Below are positions 48,801-57,127 of a stretch of 64,000 nucleotides of DNA, in pieces (the stretch's first letter is position 1; every line of letters starts with the position of its first letter). Below the pieces are notes generated by a model. The model was given only the letters and a program-made list of their open reading frames with translations. It was not told where the DNA came from and made no database searches. Both the position numbers and the translations under genes were made by a program. The stretch is from Lytechinus pictus (taxonomy: Eukaryota), in contig NC_087245.1 of assembly GCF_037042905.1 (NCBI RefSeq), positions 16,556,001-16,620,000 of the forward strand, read 5' to 3'.

Positions 48801-50800
48801 GGTAATAATATCCAAGTCATTTGGAAGTGCATAGAGACAATATAATCATAATGTGATATGCACTATACAAGAATTGTTTTATTATTATCATTATTAATGT
48901 ACATCAGTACAAAGTCATGGTGTAGCGGTTCGAACTCTCGCCTTGTAATCAGAGGGTCGTGTTTTCGAATCCTATCGTGGCCTACATGTACATGTAGCAT
49001 CACACTTTGCCACTCTCCACCCAGGTGTTCAATGGGTACCATGTGGGTTGATCATAAAGCTGTTCATAAGTTAATAGCGACTTTAAGAACGACTGGTGAA
49101 CCTTTATCACACTCTATTAATCACCAATGAACATTTAATGGTCAATATCATTTACCACAAGAGAGAATCACCAGTCGTTCTTTAAGTTGCTCGTAACTTA
49201 CGATAAGCTTTATAAAATGGCCCCGAGGTATGATACGAAAGCCTATGTAAAATATGCCTAGAAAGTTACATGTAGTCTGGGAACTCTTGTTGGAATGCTC
49301 CCCAGGGAGTGGAGAAAGTACATATATTGTGTTTGGGCATGCCAGTATCTCATAACTTGTGTAAAAATAATTGCAATGAAAAGCACTTAGAAACAAAGTG
49401 TAAATATATTAAAGCGCTATATAAATGTAACTATCATTAACTACTATATTATGTGATTTAGACCCACTGTAACACAAATATTATAATGACTGAGTCTGGA
49501 TTGATAAAGTAGCACTGTAATACTGTATGTAGGACTATGATCTAATCTCTGGAGATAATAGGCTTGGAAGTAAAACCTGAATCATCGATGCATTCGATCA
49601 GTTTACCAACAATCGGCAACATAATAACACTTTTTACACTAATCGAATGCTTGAGTAAACCTCAAACTTCAAACCTTGTTTCTCCTTATTCATTCAATCT
49701 CTCATTGAATTTGTTCTACTTTCAATCAAGTACTTCTGTGGAAAATCATTGGTCAATTTCATTCGCAATTTATATCATCTAAAAGCTTAGGATTTACTTT
49801 TTTCATCCAAGATAAACACATGAACGGAGGCTTAATCTGTAAAACTCACCACAAAAACTTGCATCTTCGTCTGAATTGTCCATACAATCATTTTGACCAT
49901 TACATCTTTCAGAGGGATCAATGCAGAGATTGTTGCCCTCACCTGGGCAATGTTCATAGTCTGTGCGACAGTCTGTCAAACTTTCTGTCAAATATAAGAC
50001 AGAAATCAAAATGGGTTACATACTTTGAGAAAAATGAATGTACATGTAGATGTATTCATTTAGCCAGATGGCAGTTCGATATAAAGCTCTTTGCTTTTAG
50101 TTCTACATGTACATCCTCCATCTTTTGGTTTTCATTTTACTTCTAAATATTTTTCAATAAAAGTCGGTGGAAATAAATGAACAAATGAAATGAAAACAGA
50201 ATTTACAGACCACAAACCTCATCTCGACGAAAGGTACTTTCAAGAAATACTATGCTCACAATGTATTATGATTTTTCTTTAAGTCAGAATAAATGAAAGC
50301 CAGATAAAAGTGGGTCTCAGTGTACAGTGTAAATTTTTTTTGATGAGACTGAATCCAGGGCCCCGCTGCATAAAAGTTACCATTATGGTATGCCATCCAA
50401 TGGCATCTTTTACAGAATCTTTGATTCTGATCGGCTGTTGATCAATTACCATGGAAGTTACCATTGGATGGCAAAGTTTCCATAATAGGTAAACTTTTAT
50501 GCAATGGGACCCTGAAAGGAAAGTGCTTATTAAATGTACATGTAGGTTGGTATTCCATGATAAATGCAAATTTCTATTTCATAATATATGCTCGCAAAGT
50601 GATGGAAACTGATCGATAATTGTCAGAATTTCACAGCTCACACCTTATAACGACACAAAATTATAGTTCATCTCACTTACCACAATCGAGTTCATCGTAT
50701 GATCCACCGCAGTCTACCTTCCCATCACATCTTCTCGATAAATCAATACAAATATCTGACATCGGACACATGTATTTGTCAGCGGTGCACTGGCTATGCA
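3502..50800 (-). CDS. LRP2: LRP2/megalin-like LDL receptor-related protein, 38 coding exons, 5'-incomplete (about 1817 aa visible)
   Basis: Hand-spliced exons join in frame with GT/AG sites. Domain order 8 LDLa, 2 EGF, YWTD, EGF, 11 LDLa, 2 EGF, YWTD, 2 EGF, TM, NPxY tail matches the C-terminal half of megalin. Megalin-like peptides include [22 protein letters not shown] and [17 protein letters not shown]. Strict orthology versus paralogy is not testable here. Confidence 0.85.
4559..4685 (-). CDS. LRP2: exon: cytoplasmic tail with NPVY
   Basis: [42 protein letters not shown]; phase 2-0. Confidence 0.88.
5128..5233 (-). CDS. LRP2: exon: transmembrane helix
   Basis: [35 protein letters not shown]; hydrophobic run followed by basic stop-transfer residues. 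Confidence 0.9.
6238..6284 (-). CDS. LRP2: 47-nt exon: second half of juxtamembrane EGF
   Basis: [15 protein letters not shown]; phase 2-1. Confidence 0.82.
6730..6876. mobile_element. short degenerate TTAA-flanked MITE (Kolobok-like)
   Basis: TTAA|ATGGGAAGTTCATCCTTG ... CAGGGTGAATTTCCCCT|TTAA; related termini near 19681, 32440, 46342 and 63606. Confidence 0.5.
8058..8106 (-). CDS. LRP2: 49-nt exon: first half of juxtamembrane EGF
   Basis: [17 protein letters not shown]; phase 1-2. Confidence 0.85.
8113..8320. repeat. GA-rich low-complexity tract
   Basis: Purine-rich on + strand, pyrimidine-rich on the transcript strand. Confidence 0.8.
8835..8927 (-). CDS. LRP2: exon: truncated (4-Cys) post-propeller EGF
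   Basis: [30 protein letters not shown]; 93 nt, strong GTAAGT donor. Confidence 0.85.
9138..9886. mobile_element. piggyBac-like non-autonomous element, 749 bp
   Basis: TTAA on both sides (9134-9137, 9887-9890), CCCTAA...TTAGGG termini, subterminal poly-G GCTGAATCAGCC motif at both ends. Confidence 0.8.
9901..10110. mobile_element. MITE with TIRs, 210 bp
   Basis: CGGTGACACAGCATTTGCTC ... GAGCAAATGCTGTGTCACCG; internal CCCTAA-like repeats. Confidence 0.7.
10476..10655 (-). CDS. LRP2: exon: YWTD propeller 2, part 5
   Basis: [30 protein letters not shown]...[16 protein letters not shown]; 180 nt. Confidence 0.9.
10926..11975 (+). mobile_element. Helentron/HINE-like non-autonomous element with internal tandem array of about 160-bp units
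   Basis: GACCTTTGACC-containing unit recurs near 11261, 11415, 11577, 11740; terminal hairpin GTCTCGC-TCTGC-TA-TGCAG-GTGAGAC then an A-run. Confidence 0.62.
15523..15752 (-). CDS. LRP2: exon: YWTD propeller 2, part 4
   Basis: [24 protein letters not shown]...[21 protein letters not shown]...[11 protein letters not shown]; phase 2-1. Confidence 0.9.
16612..16797 (-). CDS. LRP2: exon: YWTD propeller 2, part 3 (contains RSKR)
   Basis: [62 protein letters not shown]; phase 2-2, AAG acceptor. Confidence 0.88.
17577..17715 (-). CDS. LRP2: exon: YWTD propeller 2, part 2
   Basis: [17 protein letters not shown]...[14 protein letters not shown]; phase 1-2. Confidence 0.88.
18546..18668 (-). CDS. LRP2: exon: YWTD propeller 2, part 1
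   Basis: [41 protein letters not shown]; phase 1-1. Confidence 0.85.
19316..19432 (-). CDS. LRP2: exon: calcium-binding EGF domain
   Basis: [39 protein letters not shown]; 117 nt. Confidence 0.9.
20214..20345 (-). CDS. LRP2: exon: EGF-like domain
   Basis: [44 protein letters not shown]; 132 nt. Confidence 0.9.
21258..21377 (-). CDS. LRP2: exon: LDLa repeat B11
   Basis: [39 protein letters not shown]; 120 nt. Confidence 0.9.
22206..22324. mobile_element. hAT-like MITE, 119 bp
   Basis: Almost entirely palindromic, CAGT...ACTG ends, 8-bp TSD GCGCTGGC at 22198-22205 and 22325-22332. Confidence 0.82.
22478..23091. mobile_element. Mutator(MULE)-like MITE / foldback element, 614 bp
   Basis: About 232-bp apparently perfect TIRs (22478-22709 vs 22860-23091); 9-bp TSD TTACAAGGC at 22469-22477 and 23092-23100. 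Confidence 0.88.
23133..23320. repeat. (ATCA)n/(ATCC)n/(ATAA)n compound microsatellite; older degenerate part at about 21560-22020
   Basis: Direct reading. Confidence 0.75.
23341..23472 (-). CDS. LRP2: exon: LDLa repeat B10
   Basis: [43 protein letters not shown]; sixth Cys codon split T|GC. Confidence 0.88.
23881..24003 (-). CDS. LRP2: exon: LDLa repeat B9
   Basis: [40 protein letters not shown]; 123 nt. Confidence 0.9.
25001..25273. mobile_element. MITE with imperfect TIRs
   Basis: GGCCCCGTCTTGCAAAGAGTTACAATTGATCCAAT ... ATTGGATCAATCGTGGCTCTTTGTAAGACGGTGCCC. Confidence 0.62.
27582..27701 (-). CDS. LRP2: exon: LDLa repeat B8
   Basis: [39 protein letters not shown]; 120 nt. Confidence 0.9.
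28813..28926 (-). CDS. LRP2: exon: LDLa repeat B7
   Basis: [37 protein letters not shown]; sixth Cys codon split T|GT. Confidence 0.9.
29289..29411 (-). CDS. LRP2: exon: LDLa repeat B6
   Basis: [40 protein letters not shown]; 123 nt. Confidence 0.92.
30368..30493 (-). CDS. LRP2: exon: LDLa repeat B5
   Basis: [41 protein letters not shown]; 126 nt. Confidence 0.9.
31323..31448 (-). CDS. LRP2: exon: LDLa repeat B4
   Basis: [41 protein letters not shown]; 126 nt. Confidence 0.9.
31683..31805 (-). CDS. LRP2: exon: LDLa repeat B3
   Basis: [40 protein letters not shown]; 123 nt. Confidence 0.9.
33379..33501 (-). CDS. LRP2: exon: LDLa repeat B2
   Basis: [46 protein letters not shown] tandem acceptor. 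Confidence 0.9.
33914..34496. mobile_element. Kolobok-like MITE with about 200-bp imperfect TIRs
   Basis: TTAA|AGGAGAATGAAAC ... GTTTCATTCTCCT|TTAA; inner arms 34020-34110 and 34297-34395 are reverse complements. Confidence 0.75.
34673..34915 (-). CDS. LRP2: exon: EGF plus LDLa repeat B1
   Basis: [29 protein letters not shown]...CLSSQFHC...[17 protein letters not shown]; 243 nt. Confidence 0.92.
35058..35090 (+). pseudogene. possible 7SL (SRP) RNA 5'-end fragment
   Basis: ACTGGGCATTGTGGCATGCACCCGTAGTCCAAG aligns without gaps to the 7SL/Alu-domain start GCCGGGCGCGGTGGCGCGTGCCTGTAGTCCCAG. Confidence 0.4.
35393..35631 (-). CDS. LRP2: exon: YWTD propeller 1, part 4
   Basis: FADLDGNN...[17 protein letters not shown]...[15 protein letters not shown]; phase 2-1. 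Confidence 0.92.
36238..36408 (-). CDS. LRP2: exon: YWTD propeller 1, part 3
   Basis: [21 protein letters not shown]...[24 protein letters not shown]; phase 2-2. Confidence 0.92.
37250..37378 (-). CDS. LRP2: exon: YWTD propeller 1, part 2
   Basis: [43 protein letters not shown]; phase 2-2. Confidence 0.9.
38090..38354 (-). CDS. LRP2: exon: YWTD propeller 1, part 1
   Basis: [17 protein letters not shown]...[11 protein letters not shown]; phase 1-2. Confidence 0.9.
38520..39040. repeat. CT-rich low-complexity tract
   Basis: Near-pure pyrimidine on + strand in two blocks. Confidence 0.85.
39077..39205 (-). CDS. LRP2: exon: calcium-binding EGF domain
   Basis: [43 protein letters not shown]; donor chosen by phase match to next exon. 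Confidence 0.88.
40010..41655. mobile_element. PIF/Harbinger-like non-autonomous DNA transposon, about 1.65 kb
   Basis: TIR GGCCAAGTAAAAAAAGATAGTAGTTGATCGTCC vs GGACGATCAACTACTTTCTTTTTTTACTTGGCC, flanked by 3-bp TAA on both sides. Confidence 0.8.
40270..40362. repeat. (TA)n microsatellite (another at 29060-29140)
   Basis: Direct reading. Confidence 0.85.
41805..41927 (-). CDS. LRP2: exon: EGF-like domain
   Basis: [41 protein letters not shown]; 123 nt. Confidence 0.9.
43120..43230 (-). CDS. LRP2: exon: LDLa repeat A8
   Basis: [36 protein letters not shown]; 111 nt. Confidence 0.9.
43523..43642 (-). CDS. LRP2: exon: LDLa repeat A7
   Basis: [39 protein letters not shown]; 120 nt. Confidence 0.9.
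43966..44373. repeat. foldback-type repeat built of short TTGGTCTA / TAGACCAA subunits
   Basis: Left half iterates (T)TGGTCTA(C), right half iterates TAGAC(C/A)AA. Confidence 0.6.
44497..44616 (-). CDS. LRP2: exon: LDLa repeat A6
   Basis: [39 protein letters not shown]; 120 nt. Confidence 0.9.
45036..45284. repeat. about 80-bp near-perfect direct duplication
   Basis: TAGTCAGTGCTGACAAATTTCATGAAATGCCCC...TTTTGAATTGAT at about 45036-45115 and 45204-45284. Confidence 0.85.
45345..45960. repeat. tandem repeat, about 6 copies of a 103-112 bp unit, overlapping the exon A5 donor
   Basis: AAATATCTGCAT-like anchor near 45364, 45468, 45579, 45691, 45802, 45905. Confidence 0.85.
45934..46080 (-). CDS. 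LRP2: exon: LDLa repeat A5
   Basis: [48 protein letters not shown]; 147 nt. Confidence 0.9.
47192..47320 (-). CDS. LRP2: exon: LDLa repeat A4
   Basis: [42 protein letters not shown]; 129 nt. Confidence 0.9.
48422..48547 (-). CDS. LRP2: exon: LDLa repeat A3
   Basis: [41 protein letters not shown]; 126 nt. Confidence 0.9.
48582..48896 (+). mobile_element. tRNA-derived SINE
   Basis: TGGCCCAGTAG A box, GGTTCAAATCC B box, core CACTCGACCCAGGTG..AAATGGGTACC, ATT-repeat tail. Confidence 0.75.
48912..49447 (+). mobile_element. tRNA-derived SINE (same family as 22021-23128) with nested short MITE at about 49045-49224
   Basis: Head CATGGTGTAGCGGTT..CTCTCGCCTTGTAA..CAGAGGGTCG, later GGAATGCTCCCCAGGGA and AAAGCGCTATATAAA tail; internal inverted repeat ACGACTGGTGA/TCACCAGTCGT. 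Confidence 0.7.
49850..49984 (-). CDS. LRP2: exon: LDLa repeat A2
   Basis: [44 protein letters not shown]; alternative in-frame acceptor at 49972. Confidence 0.88.
50356..50514. mobile_element. short palindromic MITE
   Basis: CAGGGCCCCGCTGCATAAAAGTT ... AACTTTTATGCAATGGGACCCTG. Confidence 0.65.
50681..50800 (-). CDS. LRP2: exon: LDLa repeat A1
   Basis: [39 protein letters not shown]; 120 nt, phase 1-1. Confidence 0.9.
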
Positions 50801-51306
50801 CTGAAATGAAAAGATGAAAAGAAATAGAAATGGTTAATCAAAGGGACTTTGATGAATAAAAAAGTGTGGCACAATCAAATGATATCATGTATTCAAGTAT
50901 AAAAGAAGATGTATGAAGAAATATGCCCTTCCTGCCCTTGAGTGGGCTCTGGGTTCTGCAAATGGGAGTACACGGGCCCCATAACTATATTTGTTGGTTG
51001 ATCTTAATGCACTATTACTTGCATGAGTTGTTAACCAATCCATGTACAAGTATTACAAATTAATATAAAAACTGCAGCATTTGTTGTGAATATACATCTT
51101 CAATGATCCAAAAGTTAAGAGAAATGACATTGATCTATAGAAAGAGATACATGTACTACATGTATTTCGATCAATATGAAGAGAATAAATGATGAAAATT
51201 TATATGTGGTTGCAGATCAGGCCCCTTTCACAAAGAGTTACGTACAGTGTACAGCTCTTGTAACTTTGCCATTATACATGTAGCAACTGGGGAAACCTTA
51301 TTTTAA

Positions 51307-52036
51307 CCCTAAAAGGACTAGGGGGCCATGATGGCCCCCCGACGCTTCGCGCGATATTTCCGAAACGCAAAAGGATAGCGCCACAAATTTTATGACCTTT
51401 TTCGTTAAAGTCTCGCGCAACTTTCGAGACCAAATTCGCAACATACGGGTATACCATCGTGACGTCACATGACTTTTTACGGGACAATGTCATGCCGAAA
51501 ATGGCTCATTTTTATACTTTGTGTACAAAGTCTACGGGAGATGAAATTCATAAAAGGGTGATTAAATGTATTCGTTCTAATTGGTCTGCTTAATCAATTT
51601 AGTTGTTAAATGGTCTGTAATAATTTCCATTGAAAATAACAATGAAAAACAAAAGATAAAAAACAAAGAAATACATAAGAAATTCTAAATCAAAGAAATA
51701 CATAAGGAAAAAATGGCTTTTGCAATTTTTATTTGTGGAAACCTTTACATTAGATTACAAAGATGACATTTGCATAAAAAGAAGACATTTTGAAGTAAAT
51801 TTGGGTGTTAAAATATGCAAATAATGTTTTTCATGAATAAATTTGCATATTTTATTCATAATAAATAAAAATAATTTTCAGAATTTCTTTTTTATACTAG
51901 CTTGTAGTTTATGTGGTAAGGAATGTGCGCGCCAAATTTTGGCGCAATCGCGCGAACAGCGGCCGAGATCAGAAGGGGGGCCATCATGCCCTCCCCCAGT
52001 CCTAAATACAACTCAAATAGCCCAGTCCTTTTAGGG
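51307..52036. mobile_element. piggyBac-like non-autonomous element nested in a short MITE (about 51219-52113)
   Basis: TTAA|CCCTAAAAGGACT ... AGTCCTTTTAGGG 13-bp TIR; right TTAA absent; layout resembles 9138-9886 in reverse orientation. Confidence 0.7.
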
Positions 52037-52931
52037 GCTGTTGACCATGTTGCCATGGTAGTTGCCATAATAGCAAAATTACAATAGCTGTTAATACTCT
52101 TTATGAAACGACCAGATTTTTATTTAGTGCAGAAAAAATAATGTCTCAAATTATTGTAGGCCTAAAGACTTCATCATTCCTAACATAAAAACGTGAAATC
52201 ATCCTGGGGGGCAAATACATGTATAAAAAAATTCTCTCTATATTTTTATTTACTTATATACATATTTTTTTTTAAACTTTTTTTTTACTTTTTACTTTCA
52301 AGTCTATAGCCATAGGCTGCCAGTTGTACATATATTTTTTTTTTAAAGTTCCATACAATGTACATGTACAAGAGACAGTAACAGCCAGCAACAGGCACTG
52401 TAAGCACATATTTACATACCCTATTAGCACAATAACAAATTCTGGGTGCCATTTTTTAGTTTATTATTTGCCTACCCCCAAAGAACACATATTGGTGTCT
52501 GTATACAAAGATTCAAGGAAATCCCATTCCTCTGACCCCTAAATTGTGTGACCATGAAACACAATAGGACCAAGGCTCCCAATCACAAAAGGTCTGTATG
52601 GAAGCATAACAGAGGCATTAAAACAGATCTCGTTCCAGTCTGAATATAACAGACAAGGAATAGTAGGCCTATAACCTATTTTTGAACAATGATGTATACA
52701 GTTGTTTTATGATGTAACAGCTTTGTCCCTGGTAGTTAAGGGTCTAGATAGGTATAGGCCGATATTTAGTTGAGATGGATTTAGTGTAGGTCTACATGTG
52801 AGCGAGTGAGGGTGAGGGGAGGTGATGTAGTCAACCCCGGTCCCCTTTTCTGAGTCAAAGTGACTCAATTCTGATTAACTATCACATATAAAATGTTCTG
52901 GCATCAACTGAAAGTCAACTTATTTGGAGTA

Positions 52932-52977
52932 TATCCCTGATGAAGAAGACTAAAGGTTTGCATCGAAAATTTGGATA
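52932..52977 (+). ncRNA. degenerate minimal hammerhead-ribozyme-like motif (Penelope-type)
   Basis: TATCC-CTGATGA-(imperfect stem II)-GAAA-ATTT-GGATA with TATCC/GGATA stem I. Confidence 0.35.
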
Positions 52978-55500
52978 ATACTTGGAAATAAATTTTTTGA
53001 TGGAACTGAATGCATTAATACCTCTTTGTGTCTTACATATCTCATGATCTACAAAAATGAGGGGACTCTTCTTTACTTACAGATTTCTTCCCACCCCCTT
53101 TATAAAGTAGTTTATAGGAAATGGATAAATCAAAAACTTAGCCTAGATGTATGTAAGTGGGCCTAGAGGAATGAGAAGTCCCCTCTGCAGCATCCGATGT
53201 GATAGTACAAAACGGTAAAGAAAAGGATCTACATATAGATGTGCATGTACACAGGGCTTTCTGTTTTTCAGTTTGGTTTCATCATTGTAATCTCTTTCCC
53301 TTGAATTTAGTCAAGACAAAACTTACCTAAACCTTTCATTCAGGGAAAAACCTCAACAAAGACATTTTTCAAGAGAAGTCAAATAAAACTAACCTCAAAT
53401 ATCCTGAACTACTGTATGACAACCATTTACCAAATTTAAGCTAGAGCATTACGTTGGCCAAAAAATTATTACCCTTACTAACAAACATTAATTCACGGAA
53501 ATTGGTTACATTTACATGTACAAGAACTTCAAAGGGAATAATGGCCTATCTAGGTCAATAGATGTAGGCCTACATGTATTATTCCATGTAGCAGATCCTT
53601 TAAATTTTCAGAGGTTGTGTAAAATCAAAGCAGTTGGAGTATCCAGGATTTTTTCAGTATTTTTTACTTCCTCAAGTCTCTAATGTCAATATTGACTTCT
53701 TTCATACAATAACTTTTTTCATACAATGTGCATTGTAAGGGCATGCATGTACAGTCAGGAACAATGCCTGCATAAAAGTGTACAAAGAATAAACACAAAT
53801 TTCAAATAGAATAATAGCTGCATTAAATTGGGAGATGCAGATTCTAAATGTGTCTAATTTGAAGAATTGTTCATGTGTAATTTGCTGATAGGTTGGTGTT
53901 CCACTGACGGGTCTGGTTCTCATGCAAATACTCTCACTGATGGTGAGACTCACTACCATCTACAAAACGCATGGTGGCGATCTCTCCATTTCAGTCTGTA
54001 CCTGGTCCTGCTGTACATGTATACTGCCAAGTGCTAATAAAACAAGAGAATCTAAAAATATTTAAAATCACCTTCAATAAAGATTCCTTAACACATCAAC
54101 ATCTTCCTGGGACACATACATGTACTGTACAAAATGAAATTTTACCTTTAACCAAGTAGAACCCAAATTATTTAAAGCAAAGTACATGTAGGGTCCATGT
54201 TTAAAGTTATCAAATTTATTACAAGTGCCAACAGTATCATTTGTGTGTCATCCATATCCAACTAATCCCACTCATCATACTACATGTAGGCTATATTAGG
54301 CAATAGCACTAGATTTGTGCTGTAGACATGCAGTGTCCAAAAAGTCAATAGGTGAGTTAATTGGCCTCAAATTTTCTTTTGATATTTTGAGTGAATAATG
54401 TAGTTAAACTTGGCGACATCTTCACATTTTCTGGCAGCCAAGTTGATTATCTATTGATGTGACATGTTTCCATGGCTCATCTCAGAGGCTCACACAGTCC
54501 TACATGTATAGTGGTGTTGGTCAGCATAAAGAATTTAAAATGCTTATTTTTAGCCACTAGCCACACAGTAGGCCTATAGCACATAGGGATGCACCAATGT
54601 GCAAAAAAGCATTTCCAGCACATTTAAGCCTTATTTTTCACTATTTAGGACATTTTCAGGTAAGTTTTGAGCAATGTCTGTGATAATAATGCTAATAAAG
54701 TATATAAATAAGGTAATGCTTTTTAGTAGAAATACAGTTTCGTTTTTTGTTTTGTTTTGTTTTTTGTCCTAACTACCAGTGAGAGGCCTGCAGAGTTTGT
54801 CTGTGTTTTAATGCCCCCACCCCCACCCCCCTCCCATCAATTGAATTGGGTCAACCAAGCAAGGATCAGTATTACTGTAAAGTCTGTATAAATTGAAGTT
54901 CTAGTGCATTGTCTTTATCCCATGTTTGACACATTAAACTACATGTATACAGCCCTTTAAATCAATGCATAAAGCAAATGTACATATAGGAGCTCACAAA
55001 TTACGAAATCCCACACCTCCGGTATTCACGAAATCCTAGTGTTTTTATCACAATGCTGCATTGTCAATCTTGGCTGTAGTTATAAATACAATGGATGTGT
55101 GCACCCCCAGGTTTAGGCACAACCAGGTACAGTGTGCCACTCCGATGACATCAGCAAAAAAATAGCAAAATAGTGTTTTCATAATACTCCTTTCATTCAC
55201 CTTTCAAGGTAGAATAGTTAAATTGTTCATAATGGGTTCCCATAAAAGACACAATCAGACAGTCCACTCCATTGCAAAAGTACACTTGATTTCATTAATT
55301 GAAAAATTGCTTTTATGAGCAAAATCTGAAAAAAGTTAAATAACCAAATTCCTCAGATATACATGTAAGAGAACTGCTAGTTTGAAAATGTAATCAATGA
55401 TGTGATCTGATTTTCCTTTTTTTTTTGGTACCTTACATGTATATGTACATGTACATGTAGTATGATATTTTTTATATACATGTATAAATAAAATAAACCT

Positions 55501-55649
55501 GGTGGGTGTTTCATAAAGCTGCTCGTAAAGTTACGAATGTTCTTGGGTCATAACTCAATCATATAGGGATATCACATAGCATAAGAAAGGATCACCAGTC
55601 GTGCGTAAAGTCATTCGTATCTTACGAACAGCTTTATGAAACACCCACC
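55501..55649. mobile_element. short palindromic MITE (relatives near 36907-37061, 49045-49224, 56740-56810)
   Basis: GGTGGGTGTTTCATAAAGCTG ... CAGCTTTATGAAACACCCACC perfect TIR. Confidence 0.7.
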
Positions 55650-56993
55650 TGCACCTACATTGTATTGCTGTTTTTAATGGTCAATATATTGATTTAATTT
55701 AAAGAATAAATCCTTTGAAGCTTTGATAATTTTCATCATCATCTGTCTTAATGAAGCTCATGCATTGCAATCAGCTTTGTAAGAGTTGATATCAAAGTAA
55801 ATACAGTACCCAACTCAATTGCAATACATGAGATGACAAAATAAACTGACCTGTAATTTTTTTCGTTACTATAGCAACCATTGATTGATGGCAACCAGAT
55901 CGATAAACATTGAAAAAGTACCAAACCTTCACAAAATTACAAATTTGCCATTCAAAGGATTTAAAAAGGCATTAAAATCCATTTTCACACTAACATGTGT
56001 ACATGTCATGTGCATGTGTAATAATACAGACCACATGATTGAAATCACAATTCTCTGCAATAAATTGAGTAATGATGTATACAGTTTTAAGTAATATTAT
56101 TCCAAATTAAGTACGAAATAATCATTGATACAACAGATTAACACATTAACAAAATTAATGATGCATAGTATTTTCAAACATCATCATTTTTAAAACTCAA
56201 ACTGCAATTTTTTTTGCAAATTATGATTCAGTATTAGAAGTGGACGAAACTGTCATGTCCGTTACTTACACTGCGTGTCATGTCATTTTGAGCTACAGTA
56301 TGAATACAGAATGTACTGCAAAACTGTTGTTAAACACCATTTTATGAATAGATCATGATCTTGAGGAGAAATTAGCATCAACATGAAGTGCATGCAATCT
56401 AAGAATTCACAGAAATTTTAAAGCAATAGGAGGTCAAAAGCTTCTTCCGTTTCGTGTCATGTCCGTTACACTCACGAAGAGTGCATTTTCTCCGCAACTG
56501 TTCAACGAAACGATTTGAAATTTCATGTGTATGTAACTGATACTTAAATGTGTCTGATAAGCTCAGTGACAATTATCAAAAGACTGCCAATTCTATGGTA
56601 TGAAGCTTTGAATAACAAAATGTTGTCTGAATGTCATGTCCGTTACGCTGGAATTGACCATGTAGATTGAATTTAAAGTTATGCAAAGGCATGTGGTAAA
56701 TGGACACCAAAATGTTAATTGGCGATTGTTTAGCACATAAGAAGGGTTCACCAGTCATTTTTTAAGTCGCTCTTAGCTCTAATACGAACAGCTTCATGAA
56801 ACAGCCCCTGGGCAAAATGAATTTCTGATTCAGAATTCAGATTGATACATGTACATGTGGATGATCAAGTCTAGTGTTCGCACTTGTACAATCATTCTCA
56901 ATTGTCCAATCAATATCTGTACAGATGACTAATATTTACCCTCTCATTGCATTCATATCAATCATCTTTTTCATTGTAATATGAATCAGATCA

Positions 56994-57127
56994 GGGGAGC
57001 ATTTCATGAAACGAATATTGATTTTCAAAAGCAACTGTTACAAGCTACTGAAATCTTCACATCTGATTGGCCGAGACCAACTTAGTCAGTGAAAATCACT
57101 GACAGGATGGTTCATGAAACACTCCCC
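56994..57127. mobile_element. short MITE with central CTGATTGG (relatives near 13098-13235, 24550-24688)
   Basis: GGGGAGCATTTCATGAAAC ... GGTTCATGAAACACTCCCC; shared core AAGCTACTG..ATCTGATTGG..CAGTGAAAATCACTGAC. Confidence 0.65.
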
